From Amphiscolops sp. MND2022 (lineage: Eukaryota), in assembly GCA_964187785.1 (NCBI GenBank), contig OZ076409.1, forward strand, positions 496,001 through 560,000: a stretch of 64,000 bases of DNA, written 5' to 3'. Position 1 is the first letter of the stretch, and each line of letters begins with the position of its first letter. The notes beneath the pieces are model-generated. The model had not been told where the DNA came from and made no database searches. It worked only from the letters and a program-made list of their open reading frames with translations. Positions 63,300 to 64,000 of this stretch are shown piece by piece. Both the position numbers and the translations under genes were made by a program.

Positions 63300-64000
63300 C
63301 TGCACCGTTGACAACGCAGTGAGCCACGTGCTGCAACGACAAACAAGACGGGAACGTCTCAAGTCGGCTAAGCCATATCTAAGGCTCCAAAAGCGCAGAT
63401 TTGAAATATGCGTAGGACGTGTTCATGAAAAACTCCTAATCTCGGACCTCCGCCTCCTCCTTACAAAAACGCAATGTAGTTCGGATATAACAATTACAGT
63501 GCAAGGCAAGCTATTTTGCTGCTTGTCGTGGATTCCGGGACACGAAAATTGAGAAAAGTCGTGGAATCCAGGAAAAAATTTCCCTTTGATGTTGAGCGTG
63601 TCTTGAATTCCACGACAGTGCTTGTCCTGGATTCCACGCCAATACTGCTGCTATAATGACGCTTTTGCCGCTGCTCTCTGATTGGTCCGCTGATTTTGAG
63701 TGATCATTATTGGAAAGGCAAAAGAACTTAAATTAAATCAATTTTATATCAACGGAAATTGTTTTGATTGACACGAAAAATCCCAAAGTACGAATAGAGA
63801 TACTCAAGACTGGTACCAAAATTGCAGCATGTCATCAAATAATGGCAGATTGTGATGATCTGGCAGTTTGTTCAAAACTGGTACTAAACTTTGAAAAATA
63901 CGAATATTTGTGTAATATAATATTAATTTTGCATGATCATCATTGGAAAGGCAGATGAACTTCAATTGAATCAATTTTATATAGATGGAAATTGTTTTCA

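Overview
Repeat-rich animal (invertebrate-like) nuclear DNA; the species cannot be determined from the window. Four intron-containing host genes lie on the minus strand: a TRMT10C-like tRNA methyltransferase (5' part beyond the window), POLR2K/RPB12, a C1GALT1-like core-1 galactosyltransferase and a CDC42SE-like CRIB protein. Mobile DNA includes a decayed ~14 kb Polinton/adintovirus-like endogenous virus (pPolB, major and minor capsid, integrase, packaging ATPase) that probably sits in the CDC42SE-like intron, and a young, intact BEL/Pao LTR retrotransposon (243-bp LTRs, AGGGG TSD). There are also many Helentron-type non-autonomous (HINE/DINE-1-like) elements including a 1.2-kb tandem array, a 4.3-kb 87/88-bp satellite grown inside a MITE, hAT-derived elements, a 1.25-kb inverted duplication and a very divergent RPS2/uS5 pseudogene. 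The most notable observations are (i) the BEL/Pao element has no tRNA-type PBS, and the sequence in its place is complementary to its own LTR (possible Tf1-like self-priming), and (ii) 3 of 10 reconstructed coding introns need GC donors. All homology calls are by motif recognition, not database search.
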